DNA of 64,000 nt from Geosiphon pyriformis uo1. Taxonomy: Eukaryota > Fungi > Glomeromycota. Of this stretch, positions 36,497 to 49,159 are shown piece after piece. The notes under the pieces were generated by a model. It saw only the letters and a list, made by a program, of their open reading frames with translations. It did not search any database and had not been told where the DNA came from. Where the stretch lies: assembly GCA_016748015.1 (NCBI GenBank), contig JAAOMT010000718.1:124001-188000 (forward strand), read 5' to 3'. A program made the translations under genes and the position numbers. The number at the start of each line of letters is the position of its first letter. The first letter of the stretch is position 1.

Positions 36497-36729
36497 CTAA
36501 CTTGATTTGCATTATAAGGGTGAGATCAAAAACTCTGATTGAAACCTACTATATAGATAGGAATTCAAATGAGTGACATGCTTCAATAAGAGGCCCAATT
36601 CTTTTTCTTGTTTTTTTTTTTCTTAAATAAAGTTTCTATACTAACCTACGGTAAGTCGAAAGTTTTTGAATTAATTTTTTCAATAATAATGATTTTTGTT
36701 TGTCGCAGATCTTAAAATTGATGGACATT

Positions 36730-37916
36730 TTAAAGTAAAACTTTTGGGCTACCGTCTTTGATGAAACGTTGAGCTAGGGCTATTTCTGCATTCAAAATTC
36801 CACTCCCTGCTGCTCCTAAGACAGTATTATGGACCAATAACGCGAACCTAAGATCCAGCACTTTGCAAGGTCTTACTCGCCCAACAGTAACACTATAGCC
36901 ATTCCCATTATCTCTATCTAATCTGGGTTGCGGACGATCATTATTGTTATTAACAATAATGATCTTCTCTGGCGCAGAATAGCAACCTATATGTTGCGGT
37001 AAAGATACATAATTCGTCAATGCATTCATAGCTTGTTCAGGAGAAGGTGGAGGTCTATTCTTAAACTTGATCGACACGCATTCAGTGTGGCCATCAATGA
37101 CTGGAACACGATTACAAGAAGCAGAAACTTTGGTCTCGGGTAGCAAATTAAATGCAGTTGATTCTTCATTTAGATTGCCAAGAATTTTTAGGGTTTCCCA
37201 TTCCATTTTTTCTTCTTCGCCCGAGATGAAAGGAATAACGTTATCAAATATGTCGAGCGAGGCCACCCCTGGATACCCGGCTCCCGAGATAGCTTGCATT
37301 GTTGTTACAATGACCGATTCAATTGGGCCAAACGCATCTAATAAAGGTTTAAGAGCTACTACAAGTCCTGTTGTAGAGCAATTCGCATTTGTAACTAAAA
37401 ATCCTTTCTTTAGAGAATGAAGATTGCGCTGATACGGGATTAGATTAAAGTGTAGTGGGTTAACAGTCGGTACAATTATTGGGACTGTAGGATCTTGTCG
37501 ATAATTTTTAGCATTTGAAAACACTGCGAGATCTGCTTTCAAGAATTCAATTTCTTAATTAAAAGGGTAACCATGCACGATTAGTTTAGGAAAAAGAAAT
37601 GTTAAATCATAATTTCTTCAGAATCTCACATACCAATTTCTCCAGCCACATCAGAATCTAATCCAGAAAAAATGACATCACATTCTAAAAAAAATTGGGG
37701 TTTACATTCTTTAAGAACTAAAAATTTGGTAGGTTCGGGTATCGGAGTTGACATTTTCCATTTTGCTGCTAGCTCATACTGTTTCCCGGCTGAACGTGGT
37801 GAGGCCCCAAGTGAATGTATAACAAATTGTGGATGGTTTGAGAGCAGAAGAACGAAACGTTGGCCCACAGTACCAGTTGCACCTAGAATCCCTGCTTTAA
37901 GTTTTGGTGTGGTCAT
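36730..37916 (-). CDS. HOM2: Aspartate-semialdehyde dehydrogenase, 2 exons
   Basis: [13 protein letters not shown]; VFSNAKNYR; catalytic NANCST; [10 protein letters not shown]; [11 protein letters not shown]; HNTVLGAAG. Confidence 0.97.
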
Positions 37917-38089
37917 TGTTATTATTGAGCTGTCAATTATAAATAACAGCCAGCGAGAATAAAAAATTATATATTTTGGAAATGATCTTCATGACTGCAT
38001 TCTAGATATATTTTCGGATTTTCCCAGAAGAATTTGAAAAATATCATATTTCAAGTTGCCTGCCTTTTTTACTATAAACATTCTCGAAA
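37917..38089. promoter_or_regulatory. Short divergent intergenic region (likely bidirectional promoter) between HOM2 and CYB2
   Basis: Only 173 bp separate the head-to-head ATGs. Confidence 0.5.
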
Positions 38090-39562
38090 ATGCAATTAAT
38101 TTCTGCGCAAGAAATCGCAAAGCATAATAAGCGAGAAGACTGTTGGGTGATTATACACGGTAAAGTCTATGATCTTACCAACTTTCTTCCTGATCACCCT
38201 GGTGGGATTAAAGTAATACTGCAACAAGCCGGCAAAGACGCTACGGCGGCCTTTGACCCTATTCATCCGAAAGATATTATTCAGAAATATCTTCCTCCGG
38301 AAGTTTGTCTTGGGGCTGTTGACCCTAATACGGTCATAAAGACCCAAAAAGTCGAGACTGAGGAGGAAAAACGCCGTCGACTAGCATTTGACAAAAGACC
38401 CGCTTTGGGAGAAATGCTTAATTCTTTTGATTTTGAAGCTGTTGCTTCTCAGGTCTTAAGCGCTGGAGCTTGGGCCTATTATAGTTCTGGCGCAGATGAT
38501 GAAATCACTCTAAGAGAAAATTATAACGCGTTTCATCGCATTTGGTTACGCCCAAGAGTAATGGTGAATGTGAGACATGTGGATATGAGTACAAAAATTC
38601 TCGGATATCCATCTTCGTTCCCTTTATATATTAGCGCCACGGCTCTTGGAAAATTGGGGCATCCAGAGGGTGAAGTAGTTCTTACTCGTGCCGCTCATAC
38701 ACATAAAATTATTCAGATGATCCCAACATTGGCATCATGTTCTCTTGATGAGATTACCCAGGCTTGTGGCGAAGGCCAAATTCAGTTCTTTCAATTGTAT
38801 GTAAATCAGGATCGTGCGGTTACAGAACGCGTTGTAAAAGCTGCGGAGATAAAAGGTTGTAAGGGACTCTTCATTACGGTCGATGCGCCCCAATTGGGGC
38901 GCCGAGAAAAGGATATGCGCGTCAAATTTGTCGATGACGCGCCTGCTATTCAGGATGAAAAAACCGTATCGCGGGATCAAGGTGCAGCACGTGCAATGTC
39001 ATCTTTCATAGACCCTGGTCTTAACTGGAGGGATCTAGACTGGTTCAAATCGATAACAAATATGCCAATCATACTTAAGGGGATACAAACCGCTGAAGAT
39101 GCAGTTTTGGCTGCGAAATATGGATGTGCCGGTATTGTACTCTCTAATCATGGTGGTCGTCAACTTGATTTTGCTCGCTCCGGTATTGAAATACTGCCTG
39201 AGGTCATAAAGGCACTACGAAGAGAAGGATATTTAAATAAATTAGAGATCTATGTTGATGGAGGTATACGTCGAGGGACTGATATCTTTAAAGCAATTGC
39301 CTTGGGTGCAACAGCTGTTGGAATTGGCAGACCTTCACTTTTCGCCATGTCAGCATATGGACAGGTGGGCGTTGAAAGGCTGCTGCAGCTATTGAAAGAT
39401 GAGTTTGAAATGGTGATGCGCCTGGCGGGTGCTAGCTCTATTGCTGATATTCGACCCGAGATGGTTGATATTAAAAACTTGAATGATCATGTGATCACTC
39501 CAAAAAACTATTCATCATCATATGTATACGATAAGCCTACTCCCAGAAAAGTTAAATTATAA
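38090..39562 (+). CDS. CYB2: Flavocytochrome b2 / L-lactate dehydrogenase (cytochrome b5 + FMN alpha-hydroxy acid dehydrogenase), intronless
   Basis: HPGG heme b5 motif; FQLY; TVDAPQLGRREKD; SNHGGRQLD; DGGIRRGTD. Confidence 0.93.
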   Translation: MQLISAQEIAKHNKREDCWVIIHGKVYDLTNFLPDHPGGIKVILQQAGKDATAAFDPIHPKDIIQKYLPPEVCLGAVDPNTVIKTQKVETEEEKRRRLAFDKRPALGEMLNSFDFEAVASQVLSAGAWAYYSSGADDEITLRENYNAFHRIWLRPRVMVNVRHVDMSTKILGYPSSFPLYISATALGKLGHPEGEVVLTRAAHTHKIIQMIPTLASCSLDEITQACGEGQIQFFQLYVNQDRAVTERVVKAAEIKGCKGLFITVDAPQLGRREKDMRVKFVDDAPAIQDEKTVSRDQGAARAMSSFIDPGLNWRDLDWFKSITNMPIILKGIQTAEDAVLAAKYGCAGIVLSNHGGRQLDFARSGIEILPEVIKALRREGYLNKLEIYVDGGIRRGTDIFKAIALGATAVGIGRPSLFAMSAYGQVGVERLLQLLKDEFEMVMRLAGASSIADIRPEMVDIKNLNDHVITPKNYSSSYVYDKPTPRKVKL

Positions 39563-40084
39563 TTGAATATATAAAGCTGAATATTTATGTACAAAATCAA
39601 AATTCTCGCTTTATTGATATATAATATAAATTATTTCTTTAGTGGAAGATGAATATCTTTCACATACCAAAAAAGCTTTCATTACACTTCGAATTTTTAA
39701 TTTTTACTGTATAAGTTTTCTTTCTAATCTCAATTTCTACCAAGAATAATATAGGTCCAATCAATTCTTCTATTTTAGAGCTTCAAAGTGATGGAAAGAA
39801 TAGGATCATGACACCTCTTAACATATCATAAAACATTCGTTCAGTTAGGACTTAAATCCAACATTAATGTTCAGTGTTAATGACTCTCCGCATTATTTTC
39901 AATTAAAAAGGTTTTATCTTGGAAACTGTAAACTCGCCATGTGAAATCCGCATTGAAGATAAGGCATGGAAACCATGAGTGCTTTTCTTGATATAAAGTA
40001 ATATTTAGGATATCTGCACTCAAAAATAAATATAATTAACCGTACAAATGAAGAAATACTTATCCGTCACATCTATAGATAATA

Positions 40085-41194
40085 TTAATCCTCAGGCGTT
40101 CCAGTTATGAGGAGGCTCTCTTCGAATTCCCGTAAAAGTTTAAAGTCCTCCATATATGCGGCAATGATATCGTGGTGAATCTATGAAACCGAAAAAATCA
40201 TAATTCTTCATTTTTATCTTTTAGTTTCCCAGAAAATCATCGCAGAAGCTCAATTACCTGGGTAGGAGTTCTTTGTGTGATTTTGATATTCTTGGCTCTA
40301 TAAGACTTTCTTCGACGCTTGTAATCCCTTTGTTCAGCTAAAAGCTCTGCTCTCGATTTGGTTCCTTGATTTTGCTCTGTTAATACCAAAAGCTTATTAG
40401 ACCAAAAAAAATTACCAGGAAAAAAATGGTCATTTCGATTACCTTTTAGCTTTTGCACAAGTTCCCAAACTTCATCAAAGTTTTGATAGACATCGCGTTT
40501 GTGCTGTTGATTTTGTAAACGTAATTGATTTGTTGTTTGGATCGCCTCAAGATATTCGGCTCGTCTCTCATTCACTGTTAGACTCTGGCCGACATTCGTT
40601 GTAGAATGTAGTTTTGACTTTGCTGAAATTGAGTCAAGATTGATGAATTAATTACTGAGAGAGGTTAAGTTTTCTAACAAATAAACCTAACCTTTTTCTG
40701 GAAGTGACACAACAGAAGACGCGTCGTGGTAGTAAAAAGATGAACTAGGCAATTGTCGCCTCTATAATTTGGAGGATTATAGGAAGTAGTTAATAAATAA
40801 TGGTAAAATGTAATAGTAAAATATAATAGTAAAGATTAATAAAGAATTTAGCAAAACCTTTCCGCGTTCACTCTTAATGCCATGAAATTTCAGTTCACAG
40901 CGTTTATAGTGAGTCTCATAAGATTTTTTTGGAATTTTATGCGCAGGATCAAAGGGACAAAATGTGAATGTTTCTCCTTCCTGAAAATAAACACCGTCAA
41001 TACCAAGTGAAACAAGGAGCGTTTAAAATGAGGATGTTCTCGCGCTCAACTTCGTGATTTTGGAAAGGTTCAGAAGCCCAGTCAAGTTCTCTAAGCAATT
41101 CATTGAATTTTAAGTCGCACTCATGAAGTCGCTGCTGGAGACTCTTTAATAAAATTTCACGTTTACTCTGAATCTCCAACTGATCGTTTTCCAT
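40085..41194 (-). CDS. SNRNP48: U11/U12 snRNP 48-kDa protein, multi-exon
   Basis: CHHC finger CPFDPAH..H..RC at ~40.9 kb. C-terminal LAEQRDYKRRRKSYRAKNIKIT signature. Confidence 0.88.
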
Positions 41195-42195
41195 TTGGTC
41201 AAAGAGCAAAATGCATCTTAATTATTGAAAGATCTCGTGATTTTATTCTTTCAAAAACTGGGACGTGCCAAAAATCTGTGCTTGGATATTTTTTTTTTCT
41301 ATCTCATTTTTCTTATTTCTCACCTTTTAAAATTATTTTCTATAATACTCGACACTTAGGACGTGGAACCCAGAAATCAATAGTAGAGGCGTTTTTAAGT
41401 TAGATTATAATACTTTTGAAAGATAAAGCCCCTAATCTCGCGTTTTTGTACTTTTTTTTGCATATTTAAATTTTATGAAAAAAAGGGAACAATATTATTT
41501 TACAAATACACAAGTATATAATGAAGTTGGATACTTGGGAAAAACTTTACAACTCTGTTATTACCACTTGTACCGTTGGGTCTAGCACCTGTAGAGTTTG
41601 ATCCCATAATCTTACACTACCAAATCAAGATAATTTTTAAGAGTTTAAAAAAAAGGTAATTGAAGAACGTGATACCTCTCCACGCTAGATTCATCGCTTG
41701 AAGTTGGTTGTCGCCTGTTAACTTGACTTTTGTGATTATGGATTTTTTTAGGCCGGGTTGTGACGCTGTCTAAGATTAATTAAATCTTGAAATCCAAAAT
41801 GACATTAAATTTTCGTGGAACCTGGAATTAGTCCGTGAATAATATCATCTGGGATGCGTATCCTACGTCATTATCTGGTCAAACGCAAACCTGGCTAGTG
41901 TGGGAACTCCAGGCATAGTATGGTCGCCCAACAGTTCAACCACTTTTGTTTCCCACCGAAATTTAACTCACCAACCTTTTTACACGTCCTTTCGGTTTTT
42001 TGTGAAGTTCGTTTATTAGAATATCCCGTTTCTTACTTTTATTCTAAAAAAACGCGTTCCAAACTCAAAGCCCTCCTCGTATCAGCCAGTCGTTAGAAAA
42101 CGCGAAGACAGAACTTGGGAAAATACGGCAAACTCTTTCTCACGCGGCGGTTGCATATTATTAGACTACTCATCTTTTACTTCTTCAAGAAAAAG

Positions 42196-43405
42196 ATGAA
42201 GTTTCTTGAAGTTTCATCTATTGATAATATAAACAGCGTTCTCGTTTTCACTACACCAGAATGTAAGGTACTTGGTCGGATAGAGCCTTATTCATGTAAG
42301 TAAAATGTATAAATAATATAGGCGGTAGTTGTAGTGGTCCGTGTCTTTTATTAGACCGACATTTCATAGAATATTTGTCATCAATACAACAACCTTTCAA
42401 AACTCAAAACAAAACTCTAGAAAATTTCTTTTCACCATAGGCAAACTAGCTGGTACCGATAAAAAACTTTACAAAAACCTGGAAACTCGTTACAACGAAG
42501 AGCTGTCAAGCTCCTCTAAAAGTGTAAATTCCGAACATAACTTGCAATATATAATCTCGCCCTTTGGTCCCATGAGCCAATCGTCTTCCCGGAAGACGTT
42601 TTACAACCTAATTTCAACCTTAAATGCATCTTATCCTGATTATGATTTTTCGTAAGATGGCCTTTTTATTCAAATTTGAGATTTCTGCTTGTACAATGAT
42701 CCGATGACCTAAAAACTTAAATCTAATCAATAGTGACCTCACCCCGGAAAATTTCAGCAAACAACCTTCACTTTCCGTTGTGTGCAACTACATTAATAAT
42801 ACCCTTTTCAATCTTCAGCATGGTTGGATAGTCACTGAATTAAATTTATGGAAGATAATGGATGATATCATTGACTTAGAGGAATGTGAAGTTTATTCTT
42901 TTGAACCTGATATGGATTGGGATCCCAATACCGAAGAAGGAGTGATGTACGTTAAAGTTTATTCTTTTCAGCAATGTGGATCCAGAAAAAATGACATTAT
43001 GGAATTTGAAACAATATAAAATATTTTTTCAACATCTTAGATGGTCCTTTAATTTTTTCTTTTACAACAAAAAAATGAAACGTATTCTCTTCTTTACGAT
43101 GCGAGGTTTAAGGTATCTATCATTCCTAGAATATTTCAACTCATTTTACAGGAATAATATTCATATCACTGTCCATGGGTTTTAGTCTAAACGCTCCGAT
43201 TCAGGATGATGAGGTAATTAGTGAATTTTCGGTGGATTTCTCTGAATCGGCCAGTGAAAGTGGCTCTATTAACCAGTATGTATCTAAAAAATCTTGTGGA
43301 GTGAACTCACTACTAACTTATCTCACCTTTTATATTTTGAAACTTGATTCACATTCTAGTTCTCTATCATATGAAGAATATGTGATGGGAGATATCGAAA
43401 TGTGA
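42196..43405 (+). CDS. MAF1: RNA polymerase III repressor Maf1, multi-exon
   Basis: [14 protein letters not shown]|LAGTDKKL; [15 protein letters not shown]; [17 protein letters not shown]; acidic tail. Confidence 0.96.
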
Positions 43406-43901
43406 GAATCGTTTCAAGAAATTGCTTGGAGGTAAGAGAATCTGTATCGATCCATGCGCAATTAATTCTATTACGTATCCCTTTTCTCCTTTTTTTATAT
43501 CAATATTTAATGTTAAATCTGCCATTCTCCGGTTTTTATTATTTCTCTGCTAAACCCATCATCTCATTTCAAATAATTTTTCCCAGATTCTTAACCTTTT
43601 ACTTAATTTGTATAACATTGTAAATAACCCAAGTACTTGCTGCTTCAAGTGATTGAATCTGAGTTTCTAGGTGTGCCTCAATTGTCAATGTAATATGAAC
43701 AATAAAACGCAAAGAAAAAGCGGCAAGATTTATAAAAGCATTTTCAAGGATTACAGAAATCAATTGAGGACAAAAAGAAATAAAACTGGATAAGGTTCTT
43801 TGTTCTGGTTACTTTGATCGCTTCTGATTACTTTGATCACTTCTGATACAAATTTTTGTAAACAAGAACTCTATCTTCTCTTAGCTTGTGAACGAACAAC
43901 A

Positions 43902-45303
43902 TCATTGTTCAAGTTTTGCAAATTCGCCAAAACTCGTGATATAATAATCTGGAATAATGGTTGCGTCTTCACTCAGAATTTCTTGCTCAGTTGAAACTCC
44001 TGTCAAGACTAATAGCGTGGAAGCTCCACCATTGATACCAAATTGGATGTCGGTGTCAAGACGATCGCCAATCATGCAAGTTCGGTCAACATTCAAATTA
44101 AATTTTTGGATGATACAATCTAGCATTGGTTTATTAGGTTTTCCCATAACTCCATCCGGCTTACGGTTCAATGCGGTGATTAAGGGTGCGGCAAGAGATC
44201 CTGATCCTGATTTAAAAAATAAGAGCATTTATTGGCTAATTCTGACTGTTGCTAATCAAAAAGGGTGCGTAAATAACCCACCAGGAAAAAGTGTTCCATT
44301 AGAAGGATATGTGATATCATCGTTTGTTAATAGGAAGATGCAGTTTTGATTCGACCTAAGGTAGGTGAAGGCTTTTGCGAGTTTTCTATAATTGAAATGA
44401 AGATCGAAACCGCAAAGAACAGCTCCGACCTTTCAAAAAAATTCCGAATCATATACCTTTGAGATTAATTGGTAAATTGTAAGAGACCTTACCTCTGGAT
44501 CAGGTATAATCTCACTCAAGTCCATTCCTTTCATTTCTTGATTGTCTGACTAAACAAATAACTAAACATGATAGCCAATTTCAAAAGAATAATAAGACGC
44601 AAGGAGATTTCTAAAAACAATTACCGAAGAACCACAATGTCTAATTCCTTCAATATCCAGCTCATTCGTAATTCCTGATTCTCCAATTACGTAGACCTTC
44701 TTTTCTTTTGGAAAATTTAAAATATTCTTCAGATAATAGGCTGCCGTATATGCAGAACCAAAAATCTCGTCCTTTTTGGGTGAATGTTGAGCAAAATATA
44801 CAAGTTGGAATCATTTATTTCTTGATCAATTTTTTATACATAATAAAAAATACCTCGTATGCCTCAATATTCAGCCTTTTAAATTTGGCAAGATAACTCG
44901 CTCGCGATTTTGTACTGTTATTGGTAACGAATAACAGTTGTTTTCCTAATCCATTATGAGTGTCATTATAACAATGATTTTTCCCCTCTTTTTTACAAGC
45001 ATATCAAATTTTCTGCATATTAATGGAAAATTTTTTACCTTTGCTTCGAAGAAACTTTAAAGCTTCAAAAACACCCGGAAACAATCTATCAGTATCCCAT
45101 ATAACTCCTAGAAATATTTAAATATTTTATGGTTGAAACGGGAGTCGTTCGAATCACGCATCTTTGCAAAAGAAAGCAATTTTTAATGATTTCCAATCAT
45201 TATTGATATCAATACCATCGCAGTCAAGCAAGAAAGTGTCAAATTTGTTTAAAAAGGATTCGAGCGCAGCGAGGTCAGATAGTTTTCTTGGTTTTGCCGC
45301 CAT
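43902..45303 (-). CDS. PHO13: HAD-IIA phosphatase (4-nitrophenylphosphatase / phosphoglycolate phosphatase, Pho13-like), multi-exon
   Basis: FLLDCDG|VIW; FVTNNSTKSR; GKP; MIGDRLDTDIQFG; LVLTGV. Confidence 0.88.
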
Positions 45304-45569
45304 AGTTACCCACGACGTGATTAAAATTTCCAGTGATTAGTGATTTTGATAAACTTAAAAATTTTAACCTAACTGAAAATATTTATTTTAGTTCTAATGT
45401 CCCAAACATTAATTATTATTATTATTATTTGGTAACATATATTAATTTTTTTGTATTATTAAAAATGTATTTTTGATTAATTATGTAATATAATAAATAA
45501 TTATTGAATATTTGTAAACAATTATATAGTATATTAATAAATGTATAATTAAAATCAAATTTATATTTT

Positions 45570-45706
45570 TATAATTGAAATTAATTGGAGTTATATAATT
45601 TTGAATTGGAATTAATTACAATTATATAATTTTGAATTTAAATTAATTACAGTTATATAATTTTGAATTGGAGTTATATAATTTAGAATTAAAATTAATT
45701 ATGGTT
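45570..45706. repeat. Degenerate AT-rich minisatellite (~30-bp unit TTATATAATTTTGAATTGGAATTAATTACA, about 4 copies)
   Basis: Repeated ttatataattttgaatt core. Confidence 0.6.
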
Positions 45707-45979
45707 AATTTATATTCTTAGATTAATAAATTGTAACCACTTGATTAGAATTTTTTTAAATAAAAGTGGTTTATGATTAAATAGTTTTTACCAATGTATA
45801 ATAATTTAATAATATAAAGTATTGACCAAAAAGAAATTAAACGTTTAAATATTTAATTTAATTTTTAATCATCTTTTTTCGTTGTACTGCTGAATACGAA
45901 ACCAAATCAAGACGTTATGTTATAAAGTCGAATGATAGAAATTTAATTGTTAAAAATTGTTTGAACCTCATTAGAGAGA

Positions 45980-46126
<147 letters not shown>

Positions 46127-47126
46127 GGTAATAAAAGATGTTTTTTTGATAATAAATGATCTAATTAAAAATAATTATACAAGATACTTTGATTTGAACA
46201 AGGAATAAAATATTTTTAAAAAGTTTAAAGTGTTTAAAATAAAGACCTGAAAAATTAGTTATAAAAAATAGTCTTCAATAAAAAGATTGATTCCCAAAAA
46301 AAAAGTTAAATTTTAAACTCTTTTGGATATTTGGGTATACTTTGAATGAATATAAGATTTAGAGTGTCAATATCGACGGCAGAGAGCAGAGTAAATAAGA
46401 TAATAAGACTTTGAATATTACAGAAATCATATCACATATTCATTATTTGTGGTGAATTTATGTGATTATTAAAATACTAAATTAATAATAATAATAATAA
46501 TAAATCCAAAGATTTATTGTTCGCTCTTTTTAAATCTTTTAATAAATTTAAAAGTTGACATCTTTTCCTTTTTTTTTTTTTTTGGATGAGGGTAATATTG
46601 ATAAAAGATTAGAATTAATTTAACAGAAATAACAAAACAAATTTTTTACCATAAATTAATAAAGTTATCAAATATTCTTCTTTTTTTCAATAAAAATAAT
46701 TTTATTTCATATTTATTCTATCTTGCTAAAACACCATTATTTCTTTAATCGAATCAAGTTCCTTTGAATTAATTGAGCTCATAACGTTTGAATTTATCGA
46801 TTATATAATTTCAATAATTGAGGAAAAAGTAAAATAATTATTCTTTATTGTGTTTTTAAAAAGTTTAATCCTATTTAAGAGAAAATCATCTATCCTTTTA
46901 AATAATTATCTGATAATTTTTTCCTATTTACTTGTTTGTCGGTAATGTCAAAACCCACCAGATTATTCTCTATTATATAATATGACTTCAATAACATTGC
47001 CTTTTTATTTTTTTTACCTATCACAATATTCCATCCCCGTAAATAGCTTGCCTTTCAATTTTAACTATTTATCTGTCAACTAGAAAACATTACACAAAGT
47101 GAAACTCCTCTATAAGACAAAAAGAG

Positions 47127-48932
47127 CTAGCTTTTTCTCGGCTTAATAAAAACCTTGGCACCAAGACATATATTGCCAAAATGAAATTTACTCTTAATTG
47201 GTTTATCGGCATCCACTAATTCAATATCAAATTTGCGATAAAGCAACACAATCATCACTTTCAAATATACAATAGCTTGAACTTGACCAGGGCAAAATCT
47301 TAATCCACCACCCCAAGAATAAAATTCCTTTTTTTTATGGTTCACATTAAGAAATCGTTCAGGGATAAACTTTTGAGGATTTTCCCACGATTTTTTGTCC
47401 CAATTTGAGGCTAAAATGTTAAGCCCGAATTGAGTCCCTGGTTCCCAAATATAGCCTTCTATCTCATCTTCTTTTTCGTTGGTTCGGTATAAGACTGAGG
47501 TGGCCGGAGTTAATCGAAGTGCTGAAAATATTTGAAATACCATATTTTTAATGTGAGATTTGAAAAATAAAAAGTAAAATTTTTAGTTTACCGTTTAAAT
47601 TCAAAAACACTTACTTTCATCAATTACTGCCTGAATATATTTCAATGATAATAAGTCTTCATAAACAATCTTAAATTCCTTATTAAGTGGAAATTTTTCA
47701 TCAATTTCCTGTCTAATATTTTTCAAGACCCTTTCATCTCGACCAATATATTCCACAATAAATCCAAAAGTATGTGCAGTCTATTAAAGAAAATGAAAAT
47801 CATATTTAACCATGCATGCAGTTTGGAATTCAATATTTATGTTAGAGAATTTTCTCTCAATATATATTCATTCCTAATTTACCGTGGCAATAGCTCCGAA
47901 AATCGGTTCCACTAAAACTCCTTGTATTTCTTTATCATTCGACAATTCGATTAACTTGTCATCCTTATCATAATTTTTTGAACTCGGATCCCTTCCGATC
48001 ATAATAAGCAATTGATCCAAGATATCCAAGTTCACAATGGGTTCACTCTCTGAATGCATACCAGTGGACTTCCTTCGTTCTCGGATCAAACCTATCAAAA
48101 TTTCTTTCAATTGATATCGTGCTTTCATGTATTTGTTTTTCAAATGCAGAAAAACGGTCCATCTCAAGAAATTTGGAAATAACATAAAGAAATGAACTCC
48201 TTTCAATATGTCCATATATAACTTGACAAAACTTTCCATCCATTTTTCCATTATAGGGTCAATTTCAATTCTCTTATTCAGGTCTTTGCAAAGAGAATTA
48301 AAATATTGTGCTGTAAACTGAGTTTTTTTACCCACAGTAGATAAATATATAAGATCAGAAAAAAATGGTATGATCCAAGCTGGCAAATCAATCATCACTT
48401 TTTCACCTCGCCCAATCTCATTCCAATACCACACCAACTCTTCAAAATTTTTTTCCAGATTTAAAATTGTCTCTTGTAAAAAACTCGGTCTCGTTACAGC
48501 TTTTTCAAGAATCTTTCGATAGTAACGAGCTTTTTCCAGATCACGATTAAAACTTATTCCATGTGAGGTTCCCCATTCCTCTAATCCTTGGCTATAGGCC
48601 CATCGACGATTGAAATTACTCTTAGTCGAGGGTTGGTTGATTTTCGAGATCACATCTATATTACTTAACCAAATTTGACGTTGTGAACCGATTCGGAGCT
48701 CGAAAATTTTACCATGTTTAAGGGACAACTGATGAATCCACTTGGGAAAGTCACTCTCGCTCTGATGAATATTGCCGATTAATGGGAGGGGAAATGGACC
48801 AGGAAGTGGATTTTTACGAGTGAAATAACCGAGATAAAACTGTCCAATGTAAAGAACTGGGATTAGAGCGAGGATGCTTATTATAGTGATGGGGTCAAAA
48901 TATCTATCTAGTAAAGTAGGAAAGGAAATCAT
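47127..48932 (-). CDS. Cytochrome P450, 3 exons
   Basis: N-terminal TM plus PGPFPLPLIGN; ETLR across an intron; FIPERF; heme motif WGGGLRFCPG. Confidence 0.93.
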
Positions 48933-49159
48933 TTTAAGGAAATTAAGAAATTGATAAGAAGGAAAAGTCAAATGAATGGGATTTTAATAATAATTGAGCT
49001 TATTAATAAAATAAATCAATTTAGGTAAAAGCATTTAAACGATCGAAAAAAAAATTTGTAGTTACAATCGAAAAAAAAACTGGTTAGATAAAGCATCGAT
49101 CCGAAAGATCAATATTTATATTAAAATATTTTGTGTATATTATCATGATTAAAAAAGAT

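Noticed and set aside
38090-39562. Bacterial horizontal transfer of CYB2 because it is intronless
   Set aside because: The b5-FMN dehydrogenase fusion is the typical fungal architecture.
40006-40013. ATATCCTA downstream of SNRNP48 (minus strand) as a U11-binding feedback element
   Set aside because: A single AT-rich 8-mer is expected by chance; the known element is a tandem pair.
41300-42190. GC-richer intergenic stretch between SNRNP48 and MAF1 as an snRNA, snoRNA or tRNA
   Set aside because: No recognisable Sm site with snRNA motifs, C/D pair or cloverleaf. Likely promoter/5'UTR; an Infernal-Rfam scan would settle it.
43809-43848. 19-bp tandem duplication between MAF1 and PHO13
   Set aside because: Only two copies in a 3' region; ordinary slippage.
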